Positions 10,156 through 19,640 of a DNA stretch of 64,000 nt are shown in pieces; position 1 is the stretch's first letter, and every line of letters begins with the position of its first letter. This stretch comes from Phycisphaerae bacterium (GTDB lineage: Bacteria > Planctomycetota > Phycisphaerae > UBA1845): positions 1,760,001 through 1,824,000 of the forward strand of contig CAXXGO010000001.1 in assembly GCA_963666835.2 (NCBI GenBank). The letters run 5' to 3'. Under the pieces are notes generated by a model that was not told the DNA's origin, did no database searches, and was given only the letters and a program-made list of their open reading frames with translations. The position numbers and the translations under genes are program-made.

Positions 10156-10244
10156 GGCTGCAAGAAACGAGAGAGGGCGTAAGAGACCCAGGTCGCGGCA
10201 TGCGCCCGGGGCTCCACGGCAACCGAGGAACAAATGGTCAAGAG

Positions 10245-11363
10245 CTAATGTGAGTCCAACACCAAGCGGAATCCGAACCGCTCATTCAGATAAACAGGCA
10301 AAGTGGCGTAGCGGCAGGCCGACCGGCACGCCGGCGCAAAATTGTTCCAGCTACCGCCGCGAAGAACTCGATCCTGTCCATTTGCTGGGCCGTGCGGGTT
10401 AACGTAAGGGGAAGCCTCGTAATATGAGGCGTTGTACCAGTCATTGCACCAATCATAGATATTGCCGGCCATGTCGCGCAGGCCGTAGCCGTTCGCTGGA
10501 AAATAGTCCACCGGATTGGTGTAGGCAAATGCTACCATATCGAATTCGGGATGAAAAGTGGCCGAATCTAAGCCGCTGTCGTCGTAGGGAGCCCAACCCG
10601 CGCACGCCACGTAATTCGCATGCGTGTGATTAATCAGGTCGCCCCACGGAAAACGCTGCTCTTCTTCGCCGCCTCGGGCAGCCTTCTCCCATTCCGCCTC
10701 GGTCGGTAATCGGTAGCCACTGCCGAAACTGCATTCCCACGTCGATAGATCGTAAGCCAGGGGCTTGCCCTCCATCCCGCTGCGCCAATTCGCGTACGCC
10801 ACGGCACCGTACCAAGTTACTGTTACCATGGGGTGATCCTCTCTACCGGGAACTACGCCGAACGCGTCTCCATCCCAGGTGATCTGGACGTGGTCGGAGC
10901 CGGATAGCGCGGAACAGTAAGGGTAGTCGGTCCCGCTGTTGGCCCTGAACACTCTGTGACCGATGACAGCAATGAGGTCGCCTTGATCATTGGCCCAGTT
11001 CAGGGCGTCGGCGTATTGCCGGTTGGTCACCTCACACCTGTCCATGTAGAAGGCGTTCACGTACACCGAGTGAACCGGCAGCTCGTCGGGTTCTGCTTCG
11101 TCAAACATACTACCCATCTCGAACTCCCCGGCGGGGATAAGAGCCATACCGACCGGGGGAGCGTCATAAACCAATTGGAACCGGGCAAAGTCGGCGAGAT
11201 CGACATCGGCGTCGCCGTCCATTTGGAACAGGGAACAGCCCGGTCCCAGCTCTCCGCCCGGACCGCCCATGCACTCCGGGAACCGCGAAAAATCGAACTG
11301 AGCGAAACCGGTGCCGGCACACAACAACACCAACATAACCGACATGATCGGACTGTTACGCAT
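10245..11363 (-). CDS. Secreted formylglycine-generating enzyme (SUMF1/FGE-sulfatase) domain protein with N-terminal dockerin-like motif
   Basis: IPAGEFEMG, EVTNRQY, YRLPTEAEWEKAARGG, NGYGLRDMAGN, RVLRGGSW, GFRLV; signal peptide; DGDADVDLADFARFQ. Confidence 0.9.
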   Translation of the reverse strand: MRNSPIMSVMLVLLCAGTGFAQFDFSRFPECMGGPGGELGPGCSLFQMDGDADVDLADFARFQLVYDAPPVGMALIPAGEFEMGSMFDEAEPDELPVHSVYVNAFYMDRCEVTNRQYADALNWANDQGDLIAVIGHRVFRANSGTDYPYCSALSGSDHVQITWDGDAFGVVPGREDHPMVTVTWYGAVAYANWRSGMEGKPLAYDLSTWECSFGSGYRLPTEAEWEKAARGGEEEQRFPWGDLINHTHANYVACAGWAPYDDSGLDSATFHPEFDMVAFAYTNPVDYFPANGYGLRDMAGNIYDWCNDWYNASYYEASPYVNPHGPANGQDRVLRGGSWNNFAPACRSACRYATLPVYLNERFGFRLVLDSH

Positions 11364-11629
11364 GGGACTCGCTCCTTGCTCTACTCTGGATTCAATGCCG
11401 TTTCCTAAGGGGTAGTCGCGTCACGTCCTCCCCTCCTTCGCCAATGCCGAAGATCCCGGCGCGCCGAGAAGGGTTCCCGAGAGGCTCTTCTCCGTCGGAA
11501 TACACCCCCCGGTTCCCCTTGGTAGGGGGGAGGACCTTCGATGACCGGCACGGCCTGCGCGCGTCGTCTCTCCGGTGTTCAGCAGGACGGATTCCGAGCA
11601 TGAGTGGTACCCCGTATTCCACATGACTC

Positions 11630-11658
11630 ATGTTATTGGAACGAAGGCAAGAAGTCAA
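11630..11658 (-). promoter_or_regulatory. Sigma70-like promoter about 260 nt upstream of the FGE gene
   Basis: TTGACT (11658-11653) - 17 nt - TAACAT (11635-11630) on minus strand. Confidence 0.6.
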
Positions 11659-11669
11659 GGAATTCCATT

Positions 11670-11790
11670 GAGAACGCATCGCACGGCGACCGGGCTCGCA
11701 AACCCGTAGGGCACGGTCGAGGTACGAGACCTGCCACAACGGCGCGTCGCGCAGTGATCGCGGCAGGTCTCGTGCCGGGACCTGGTCTAC
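11670..11790. repeat. REPIN (inverted GTAG-REP pair) inside a 104-bp copy of 9943-10046
   Basis: 11670-11773 matches 9943-10046 with 3 mismatches. Confidence 0.85.
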
Positions 11791-11816
11791 GGGAGATGCC
11801 ATCCGGCAGCCGCGGG

Positions 11817-12965
11817 TTACGCTGCGGGGGCCGACCGCGGGTGCGTCAGACGCGCCAGGGCCGCCAGCAGAGTCTCGACGCACAGTTGTGCGTTCGCGTT
11901 AAGATCGAGCTGGCGTTCCGCCGAGACTATTCGGCTGATGGCCTCGACTGCGCGGGCGGGCGGAACGGCTTGGGCGGCCGTGTCGACCTGGGCGACGGAA
12001 TCGGCGTTGACTATGGCAGTTGGTTCACCGCTGCGGTGGCGGAGTATGTCCGCGTACCAGGTGGCCGCGAGCTGGAAGATTGCTTTGAAGCCGCGTCGCG
12101 CCGCCTCGGTGTCCGTAATGTCGGCGTCGCGCTTCCGGTACAGCCCACCCAGCGCTTTTGATTCATCGGTCCACAACTGGGCTGCGTCGGTGCTACGCGT
12201 TTTCCCAAGCGCAACGAGATTCTGCACTACGCGCTGATTCAGGTCGTACCAGCCGTCGTCGGCCCGTTCCACAGCCTGGCCGAGACTGCCATCGGCGCAA
12301 CGGGCGTACCAATCAGCCTGCTCCGACGGCAGGTCGGGCCGGAGTTCGGTGAGTTTCCTGCGCACGAAGTCGCGAGGCAGCGCGTCGAAGCGCACGAGCT
12401 GGCAGCGCGAGAGGGTGGTAGGAAGAAGGCGTTCCAGCGCTCCGACCAGCAAGATGATTACGCTGGCGCCTGGAGGTTCCTCCAAGGTCTTGAGCAAGGC
12501 GTTCTGGGCAGCCGTGGTAATGCGATCCGCTTCGCGAATGATGAAGATCTTCGCATTGCCCCGGCTCGGCGTCAGGCCGATCGTATCGATCACGAAATGC
12601 CGCAGGATATCGACTCCGATTTCCAGTCCTTTTCGACTGCGGACCGCCGGGTTCGGATGAGACCGGTTCAACTGGCGGTAGACCAAGTGCAGATCCGGGT
12701 GGGTAAGCGCCTTAACGGTTTGGCAATCCTCACAGGTTCCGCATCCGGCCCGGAGTGTGTCGAGCCCGATGTGTGTGTCGGGCGCGGGTTGGCACTCGCG
12801 GGCAGAGCTGCAAAGCAGCACCTGGGCGAAACCGCGGGCCAACGCCTCTTTTCCCACGCCCTCGGGACCGTGAAATATGTAGGCGTGAGACACGCGGTCC
12901 TGGGACAGCGCGCGTTGGATCGATACTTGGGCGTGTTGTTGGTACTCGACCTCAAGCAAAGACAC
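11817..12965 (-). CDS. holB: DNA polymerase III subunit delta'
   Basis: HAYIFHGPEGVGK, Zn-binding C..CGTCEDC, HPDL, AQNALLKTLEEPP, LLPTTLSRCQ; directly after tmk; GTG start inferred. Confidence 0.92.
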   Translation of the reverse strand: MSLLEVEYQQHAQVSIQRALSQDRVSHAYIFHGPEGVGKEALARGFAQVLLCSSARECQPAPDTHIGLDTLRAGCGTCEDCQTVKALTHPDLHLVYRQLNRSHPNPAVRSRKGLEIGVDILRHFVIDTIGLTPSRGNAKIFIIREADRITTAAQNALLKTLEEPPGASVIILLVGALERLLPTTLSRCQLVRFDALPRDFVRRKLTELRPDLPSEQADWYARCADGSLGQAVERADDGWYDLNQRVVQNLVALGKTRSTDAAQLWTDESKALGGLYRKRDADITDTEAARRGFKAIFQLAATWYADILRHRSGEPTAIVNADSVAQVDTAAQAVPPARAVEAISRIVSAERQLDLNANAQLCVETLLAALARLTHPRSAPAA

Positions 12966-13659
12966 GTGACAGTTCCTCGACGATTCGTTGGTGAATAGCG
13001 TCCTTGTCGTCGCGACCGTCAACAATCAGGGCCGGACCGGGGTAGTAATCGGGTAGGTCAAGGAACATCTGTCGGACACGCCGGTGATAGTCAATCGAGC
13101 GGGCTTCCATGGCGTCGGGTCCGGCGTCATCGAACAGGGTCTGTTGCCCGTCGTCTTTCCGGTTCTTGCCGGCGTGGTGCGGCTTGCGCCCAATGCGCCC
13201 GAAGCCCTCGTCGGCGCCAACGTCGAGAATCACCGTGGCATCGGGCCAGCAGTCGCCGATGGCGAACCGGGCGAGTTCGAGCACCCGGGTCGGATCCAGC
13301 CCCGCAGCCCCTTGATACGCACAGGTCGAGGAGACGAACCGATCGCAAAGCACAATTGTCCCCGCCTCCAAAGCCGGACGCACGACCTGCGCAATAAGCT
13401 GAGCACGCGATGCCATGAACAGAAGGGCCTCGCAATTAACGTCCATCGCACTCAGGTCGAAATCGAGCAGCACAGACCGGATTCGGTTGCCGATCTCGGT
13501 TCCTCCGGGATCCCGGCAGGAGACGGTTTCCGCGCCGGCGCGACGAAGAGCGGCCTCGAACATCTCTCGCTGTGTTGACTTCCCCGCTCCGTCCGGGCCG
13601 TCGAAGACAAGGAAACGCCCGCGGAGCTTCTCGACGAGGGCAGTTACGTCCGTGTTCAC
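12952..13659 (-). CDS. tmk: Thymidylate kinase
   Basis: FLVFDGPDGAGKSTQ, EALLFMASRAQ, VLCDRF..S..AYQG; GTG start inferred. Confidence 0.95.
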   Translation of the reverse strand: MNTDVTALVEKLRGRFLVFDGPDGAGKSTQREMFEAALRRAGAETVSCRDPGGTEIGNRIRSVLLDFDLSAMDVNCEALLFMASRAQLIAQVVRPALEAGTIVLCDRFVSSTCAYQGAAGLDPTRVLELARFAIGDCWPDATVILDVGADEGFGRIGRKPHHAGKNRKDDGQQTLFDDAGPDAMEARSIDYHRRVRQMFLDLPDYYPGPALIVDGRDDKDAIHQRIVEELSRVFA

Positions 13660-13690
13660 GGTTTCGTTCGTTCCGATAATTCTGATTCGA

Positions 13691-14608
13691 CTAAGCGCGC
13701 CTCTCTTGCGCGATCCGGCGGCGACTTTCCTGGAAGACCTCGAGGGCATTATAGCTCGATCGCACGAACGGTCCCGAGGCTACGCCGAGGAACCCCAGGT
13801 TTCTGGCGAGCTCGGCCAGACTCTCGAACTCCTCCGGCCTGTAGTAGCGATCGACCGCCGCGTGCCCATTCAGAGTCGGAGCTAAGTACTGACCGATGGT
13901 CACCACCTCGCACCCGACACCGCGGAGATCTTCGAGCGTGCGATGAAGCTCATCAACCGTCTCCCCCAAGCCTACCATCAGTCCGGACTTGGTGATAATC
14001 GTAGGGGCGATTTCCTTGACCCGGTGAAGGACGTCGAGCGAGCGGCGGTAGCCGGCTTGCGGCCGGAGAGCGGGGCTCAGCCATTCCACCATCTCGAGGT
14101 TGTGGTTATACAACTCAGGCTTGGCGTCGCAGAGCGTTGCGATGCAATCCGGCCTGGCGTGAAAGTCGGCAGGTAGCACCTCGATTGACGTGTCCGGGCA
14201 TTGCCGGCGCACGGCGGTAACGCATTGTGCGAAATGTCCGGATCCTTCGTCTTCCAGATCATCACGGGCGACGGCCGTGAGCACCACATGACGCAGCTCG
14301 AGTTCGGCGACGGCTTGGGCGACGCGATGTGGTTCGTCTGCCTTAGGCGGCAGGGGCCGACCCGTATCAACGGCACAGAAGCGGCAGCCGCGCGTACAAG
14401 TCTTGCCCAGGATCATGAACGTCGCGTTACGCGCCGACCAGCACTCGGATCGGTTCGGGCAACGGGCTTCGTGGCACACCGTGGCCACGCCGCTACGAGC
14501 GACCACGGCCTTGGTATGGGCGAACCGCCCGGACGGCGGCGGCCTTTTCAGCCAAGGGGGCAAACGGCGGGACAACGCTGAGTCACTGATGCGGGCGGAA
14601 GAACCCAT
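13691..14608 (-). CDS. lipA: Lipoyl synthase
   Basis: TVCHEARCPNRSECW, CTRGCRFC, TKSGLMVGLGET, GPFVRSSY. Confidence 0.97.
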   Translation of the reverse strand: MGSSARISDSALSRRLPPWLKRPPPSGRFAHTKAVVARSGVATVCHEARCPNRSECWSARNATFMILGKTCTRGCRFCAVDTGRPLPPKADEPHRVAQAVAELELRHVVLTAVARDDLEDEGSGHFAQCVTAVRRQCPDTSIEVLPADFHARPDCIATLCDAKPELYNHNLEMVEWLSPALRPQAGYRRSLDVLHRVKEIAPTIITKSGLMVGLGETVDELHRTLEDLRGVGCEVVTIGQYLAPTLNGHAAVDRYYRPEEFESLAELARNLGFLGVASGPFVRSSYNALEVFQESRRRIAQERRA

Positions 14609-14721
14609 TCAAAACCGCTCTTTATTGTCCTGATTGCTGGTTTCCGAGCGTCGTTAGGTTAGGCGGACGCTTTTAATGAGGGAATCATACATCAAAACAC
14701 CGCCTTCGACACCCGTGGGGA

Positions 14722-14750
14722 TTGACGTCTGCGGCTGATTGTGTTAACGT
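14722..14750 (+). promoter_or_regulatory. Sigma70-like promoter of the usp gene
   Basis: TTGACG - 17 nt - TAACGT with extended -10 TG. Confidence 0.5.
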
Positions 14751-14795
14751 ACTGCCGTACAAACAGCGTTCCTAACTAGTAGGACGACCTGTGCC

Positions 14796-15269
14796 ATGTC
14801 AATCGACATTAAGAGGATCTTGTATCCGACCGATTTTTCGGAGCTTGCCCAAGGAGCATTGGGTCACGCGCTAGGGTTGGCCGATTCGTTTGGCGCGCAA
14901 TTGCACTGCATCCACGTAGTTGACGAAGCGTATCAGTATTGGAGTGCGATGGGGCCGGAGAGCATACCCGTCGGGCCGCCGCCCGAGGATATGATCGATC
15001 TGGCCCGCAAACGGTTGGAGAGGTTCCGGGCTGACCACTTGCAGAGTCTCAAGGATGAACCGGTTTTGCACGTTGCGTTCGGACGGCCGTTCTCGGAGAT
15101 AATCGGCTATTCCCGGGCAAACCACGTCGACCTGATTGTGATGGCTACCCATGGCCGCGGGGCCTTCGCGCACATGCTACTCGGCAGTACGACGGAGAAG
15201 GTCGTTCGCAAAGCGGCTTGTGCGGTGCTTACGGTTCGATCCGGGAGTCAGAAGTTCATTATGCCATGA
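14796..15269 (+). CDS. Universal stress protein (UspA family)
   Basis: ILYPTDFSE, DLIVMATHGR, LLGSTTEKVVRKA. Confidence 0.95.
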   Translation: MSIDIKRILYPTDFSELAQGALGHALGLADSFGAQLHCIHVVDEAYQYWSAMGPESIPVGPPPEDMIDLARKRLERFRADHLQSLKDEPVLHVAFGRPFSEIIGYSRANHVDLIVMATHGRGAFAHMLLGSTTEKVVRKAACAVLTVRSGSQKFIMP

Positions 15270-15322
15270 TCGGCCCGCTGGTTGGCGGGATGAGGTTTTA
15301 AAGCTGATCTGTGGGGTGGATT

Positions 15323-16063
15323 ATGCAGTTACGAAAGTCCAACACGGGGCCTTTGGACCTTGAGACCCAGGTTCGTCAGAAGACCGGTGTGGCTGCCTGG
15401 GCGGCGGCGTTGTTGATTTTCTTCGGGTTCTTCTGGTTTGAGGTTGTAGAAGGCGGTGGTTGGGCCGCAGGTCTCTTCGTTTACACGCTCCGCCTCGGCG
15501 GGCTGGCGATGGTCGGGGTGGCAGTGTGCCTGGCCTTGGGGCAGCCGATAGCGCTGGTGGCCGATGCCGTCGTGTCGATACTCATCGGTGTCATCGTGAT
15601 TGTCACGAGCGTTCTTATGGTGGTCTTCGGGGGGTGGGCATGGCCGAGCCTGATCCAGGCCCTGATCAATATTGCGTGTGGTTCAACCCTGGCGTCTTCG
15701 GGTCTGGCGTGCTGGTATTACTATCGTGCTCTCGAACGCGCCCGTGCCTGCAACGGCTTAGTCTCTGCTGACCTTACGGCCTTCGAGGAGTTGGGCCGAG
15801 GCGCGGATATGGGTGGAGTTCTGGCCGAATCCGGCATTGCCGACGGGGTCGAGGATTGCTCCGATTCTGGTGCGCTGCCGGAGCCTATCGGCCTGCCGCC
15901 CGTCGCGCGTCGCCGTTCTCGGTTCAGTGCTACCGATGATGCCCCGCTGGAGCTCGATGGGCTTTCCCCGGGAGGGTCAAAGGGCGGATCCGCCAAGAAG
16001 GGTCAGCAGGACAGCTACCTGGCTGAGCTGGCTCGGCGAGAGCAATCGAAGGGAGACGTCTGA
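15323..16063 (+). CDS. Hypothetical membrane protein (about 4 TM helices plus disordered tail)
   Basis: Hydrophobic N-terminal half; follows usp on the same strand. Confidence 0.65.
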   Translation: MQLRKSNTGPLDLETQVRQKTGVAAWAAALLIFFGFFWFEVVEGGGWAAGLFVYTLRLGGLAMVGVAVCLALGQPIALVADAVVSILIGVIVIVTSVLMVVFGGWAWPSLIQALINIACGSTLASSGLACWYYYRALERARACNGLVSADLTAFEELGRGADMGGVLAESGIADGVEDCSDSGALPEPIGLPPVARRRSRFSATDDAPLELDGLSPGGSKGGSAKKGQQDSYLAELARREQSKGDV

Positions 16064-16285
16064 CACTGCCCCGTCGGCTTGACCGTGGAATAAGGGGAGG
16101 CGGGTTGTCACCCGTCGGCGACCGCGGTCCTCAACCAACACACCTTGGGGGTTCTCGGAGCTTCTGCTGCACATGATTCGCATCGAGAAACGGCGCATTC
16201 TGCTGCGTGTTATAGGACGTAATCGCGGGGTGGCTCGGGCGCTCTTTGGTGGAGGACGTCGATGCGATACCCCGGACGTTAATAA

Positions 16286-16314
16286 TTGACCGGACACGAA
16301 CCGATCCGTATACT
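16286..16314 (+). promoter_or_regulatory. Near-consensus sigma70 promoter
   Basis: TTGACC (16286) - 17 nt - TATACT (16309). Confidence 0.65.
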
Positions 16315-16677
16315 TGAGCGAGCGGTAGTGAGGGTTGAGTACTAGGCGCTGCAATCATACGAATATCTTAATCTTGATACTTGCGCTGGCTTGGCTGCTA
16401 TCATTGACGATAACCTGATACTTCTGTCGATCGTCGTCCCCCCCCCTTTACCGCCGTTGACCGTTTTGTGCGCGGGCTCGCCGTTTGGGCGGTTTTGAAA
16501 GTCCGCGGCCCGTTCGGTTTGTGAGTAATGAGCCGTTCTTAGGGGCGGTTCGGCTTAGGCTGGTGAGGCAGCAACCCAGGTTGCCTCGCGGTCGGGCTTT
16601 TGGTCTGCGGGGATTGTGAGGTCTGCGGGGGCTAGCGGGGTCCCGGAAGCGGATTCCGCGCAAGATGGTGGCAGCCG

Positions 16678-17646
16678 ATGTCAATCGACATTCCGAATTA
16701 CCGCGTCGTTGAGAAGCTCGGGGAAGGGGCTCAAAGCCACATCTATCGGGCTCGTTGTATGCGCACCGGTAAGGACTACGCGGTGAAGGTCGTCAAGATT
16801 CGCCGGCCTGAGGATACGAGCTTCGTCGACCTGCTCCGGTCGGAGCATGTGATTGGTTCCTCGATCAATCACCCGGTGATCCGTCAGGTCTACGAGTTGA
16901 GGATCATGCGCCATCGGCTGCGCCTGCGCGGCGCCATTCTGTTCATGGAGTACGTCCACGGGATCCCGATGTCGGCCCGCGAGTTCAACCGGTCTCTCGT
17001 GGATGTCCTGGGCTTCTTCCGTGAGGTTGCGCAGGGTCTGCATGCTATGCACCTGGCTGGGTTTGTACACGCCGATTTAAAGCCTAACAACATCCTGGTT
17101 ACTGGGGAACAGAAGGTGAAGCTGATCGATCTCGGGCAGAGTTCCAAGATCCGTGAGGCCAAGCCACGCGTCCAGGGCACGATTGATTACATGGCTCCAG
17201 AGCAGGCTCAGCGCGGCATTCTCGATCAGCGGACCGATGTGTTCGGGCTGGGGGCGGCGCTTCATCGGGTAGTGACGGGGGAATGTGTGGCGACGGAGAT
17301 GAACCAGACCGTCACGCTCCATTCTCAGAGTCTTGTCGGCAAGCGTATTGCCAATGCCTCCGAGAAGAAGGCCGTGGAACTTCCTCCGGGGGTCGCGCGC
17401 CTGATCTCCGACTGTTGCCAAGCCAACCCGGACGGCCGGATTTCCGACATGCCAACCCTGATCGAGCGCATCAGCATGGTCCAGGCGATTCTCATCAAGC
17501 AGGGTCTGGGCGGTGGGGTTGCGGCTGAGTCCCCTATGCCGGCGTCGGTGGACAAAGGCGGGGGCGCTGATGGCGGAAGCCTCAAGGATGCAATCGACGC
17601 CGACCTTGATCTGCTGGATTCCGATGGACCGACCACCGAAGCCTGA
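16678..17646 (+). CDS. Hanks-type Ser/Thr protein kinase, soluble
   Basis: LGEGAQSHIY, YAVK, HADLKPNN, DLG, GTIDYMAPE, DVFGLG. Confidence 0.93.
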   Translation: MSIDIPNYRVVEKLGEGAQSHIYRARCMRTGKDYAVKVVKIRRPEDTSFVDLLRSEHVIGSSINHPVIRQVYELRIMRHRLRLRGAILFMEYVHGIPMSAREFNRSLVDVLGFFREVAQGLHAMHLAGFVHADLKPNNILVTGEQKVKLIDLGQSSKIREAKPRVQGTIDYMAPEQAQRGILDQRTDVFGLGAALHRVVTGECVATEMNQTVTLHSQSLVGKRIANASEKKAVELPPGVARLISDCCQANPDGRISDMPTLIERISMVQAILIKQGLGGGVAAESPMPASVDKGGGADGGSLKDAIDADLDLLDSDGPTTEA

Positions 17647-18068
17647 ACCGCACGGCAGTCTCAGCCATTGCGAAACCGCGCGCTTAGCGGTCACGGTAGC
17701 CGGCGCGCCGCTCGGATTGGATTTCTCCGCTAGGTAGAAGTTACCCTGCGCCGGCGCGTGACCTCCCACGCCACCCCGACTAACATGGTCCCATTCCGGT
17801 TGGGTAAGGATGTCGATCGTTGATCGGTTTCGATCACCGGCTCGCGCGATTGCCGTTTCTGGGATAACGACAGGTGTGGTCCGGCATGGGTCCGGGTGCG
17901 GTTCCCGTTTGTTTCGGCGGCGTATCGGCGAAGAGGTGGGTGTCATCTGGTCTCTGGGCCGGGTCGTGGCTACTGGTTTTGTTGCTGCTGAAGGGCGCTC
18001 CTCTACCACCGGGATAGTCGCGGTGTAGGAGTGAGCGACCGGGCGTGGCAGAAAGTCTGGAGTAACTC

Positions 18069-19253
18069 ATGTTGAAGAACGTGTACCTAGCTGGTGGGAT
18101 GCGGACGCCGTTCGGCACGATGAACGGCGCCCTGGCAAGTTGTACGGCGGCCGAACTGGGAAGTGTGGCGATTCGGGCGGCGCTCAAGCGAGCGGGCGTC
18201 GAAGGCAAGGATGCAGACCACGTTCATTTCGGGAACGTCATCGGAGCGGGGCTTGGGCAGAACATCGCGCGGCAGGCGTCCATCGGCGCGGGAGTGCCCA
18301 AGGATGTTGGCGCCATCACGATCAACAAGGTGTGTGGCTCCGCGATGCGGGCGGTGATTATGGCCTCTCAGACCATTCAGTGCGGCGACGCCGGGCTCAT
18401 CATCTGCGGCGGTTGCGAGAGCATGACCAACGCGCCGTACATGCTTCCGAAGGCCCGGGCCGGGTACCGGATGGGGCACGGCAAGCTCGTCGATGCGATG
18501 ATCAACGACGGGCTCTGGGACGTGTATACGGACAAGCACATGGGAACCTGCGGCCATCAGTGCGCCGCTGAATACGGTTTCACTCGCGAAGCCCAGGACG
18601 ACTACGCCATTGAGAGTTTTTCACGAGCGATCAAGGCCTGGAAGGATGGGTTCTTCGATGGGGAAATAGTACCGGTCGAGATCAAGTCGCGTAAGGGTAC
18701 GACCGTATTCGATCGTGACGAGAACCCCGACAAGTTCAGGGGAGCGGAGAAACTTCGGAGTCTGCCGCCGGCGTTCGGAGAGGGTACGACGGTTACGGCT
18801 GGGAACGCCTCGGGCATCAACGACGGAGCCGCGGCCGTGCTCGTGTTCGACGATGAGAAGAAGGACGCTCTGGGGATCAAGCCGGACGCTCGGATTATCG
18901 GTTACGCCAACGCCGCAACCGATCCGGACTGGTTTACCATTGCCCCGGTCGAGGCGGTGCAGAAGCTCTGCGACAAGATCAACGTGAAACCGAGCGATGT
19001 GGACATATACGAGATCAACGAGGCCTTTGCGGTGGTTGCTATGGTGGCGATCAAGCAGCTCAACCTCGATCATTCCACGGTAAATGTCGCCGGCGGAGCG
19101 GTAGCGGTGGGGCACCCGCTGGGGGCAACCGGAGGGCGGATCATCAACACGCTCGTTCGAGCCCTGCATCGCAACAAGAAGAAACTGGGGATCGCCACGC
19201 TCTGCTTGGGCGGCGGCGAGGCGGATGCCATCGCCATTGAGCGATGTGACTAA
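18069..19253 (+). CDS. Acetyl-CoA acetyltransferase (thiolase)
   Basis: INKVCGS, TAGNASGINDGA, EINEAFA, GHPLGATG, LCLGGG. Confidence 0.96.
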   Translation: MLKNVYLAGGMRTPFGTMNGALASCTAAELGSVAIRAALKRAGVEGKDADHVHFGNVIGAGLGQNIARQASIGAGVPKDVGAITINKVCGSAMRAVIMASQTIQCGDAGLIICGGCESMTNAPYMLPKARAGYRMGHGKLVDAMINDGLWDVYTDKHMGTCGHQCAAEYGFTREAQDDYAIESFSRAIKAWKDGFFDGEIVPVEIKSRKGTTVFDRDENPDKFRGAEKLRSLPPAFGEGTTVTAGNASGINDGAAAVLVFDDEKKDALGIKPDARIIGYANAATDPDWFTIAPVEAVQKLCDKINVKPSDVDIYEINEAFAVVAMVAIKQLNLDHSTVNVAGGAVAVGHPLGATGGRIINTLVRALHRNKKKLGIATLCLGGGEADAIAIERCD

Positions 19254-19272
19254 CAACTGGCACAAGCGTACG

Positions 19273-19297
19273 CGCCGGGGAGACTCACTCCCCGGCG
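19273..19297. terminator. Hairpin downstream of the thiolase gene
   Basis: CGCCGGGGAG / CTCCCCGGCG 10-bp stem with 5-nt loop. Confidence 0.55.
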
Positions 19298-19305
19298 TTG
19301 TGCGC

Positions 19306-19405
19306 AAAAAAGAAGCCTCGACAGTGCTCGTAGCGCCGAGTCAATGCGAGGCTTCCCCCGTATAGCAGTCTCGAGAGTTAACTCAAGACTAGGCCCAACG
19401 GCCTT
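19306..19405 (-). ncRNA. Candidate orphan small RNA (~100 nt)
   Basis: Own promoter TTGCTT-17-CATACT (19440-19412), three consecutive hairpins, last one GAAGCCTCG/CGAGGCTTC followed by T6. Confidence 0.55.
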
Positions 19406-19640
19406 ATATCTAGTATGCGCCATAGGGCTCTTGGAAGCAAGGAAAAAACTCAGTTCTTTGCCACTTGCCGAGAGACAATTGGCGTACTTTCTCTCCGGTT
19501 TGGTTCAGGTTTTCCAAGGCGGTGGGACCCGCTGTTGGTAACCTGTTGGGCACAGGGGCCTTACGTTTACGGGTATCGCAGCCGCTTCTGCCGGAAGGCC
19601 CCGCGCGGAGCCGGCGATCCCCCGCCTGACGGAGCGAGCT

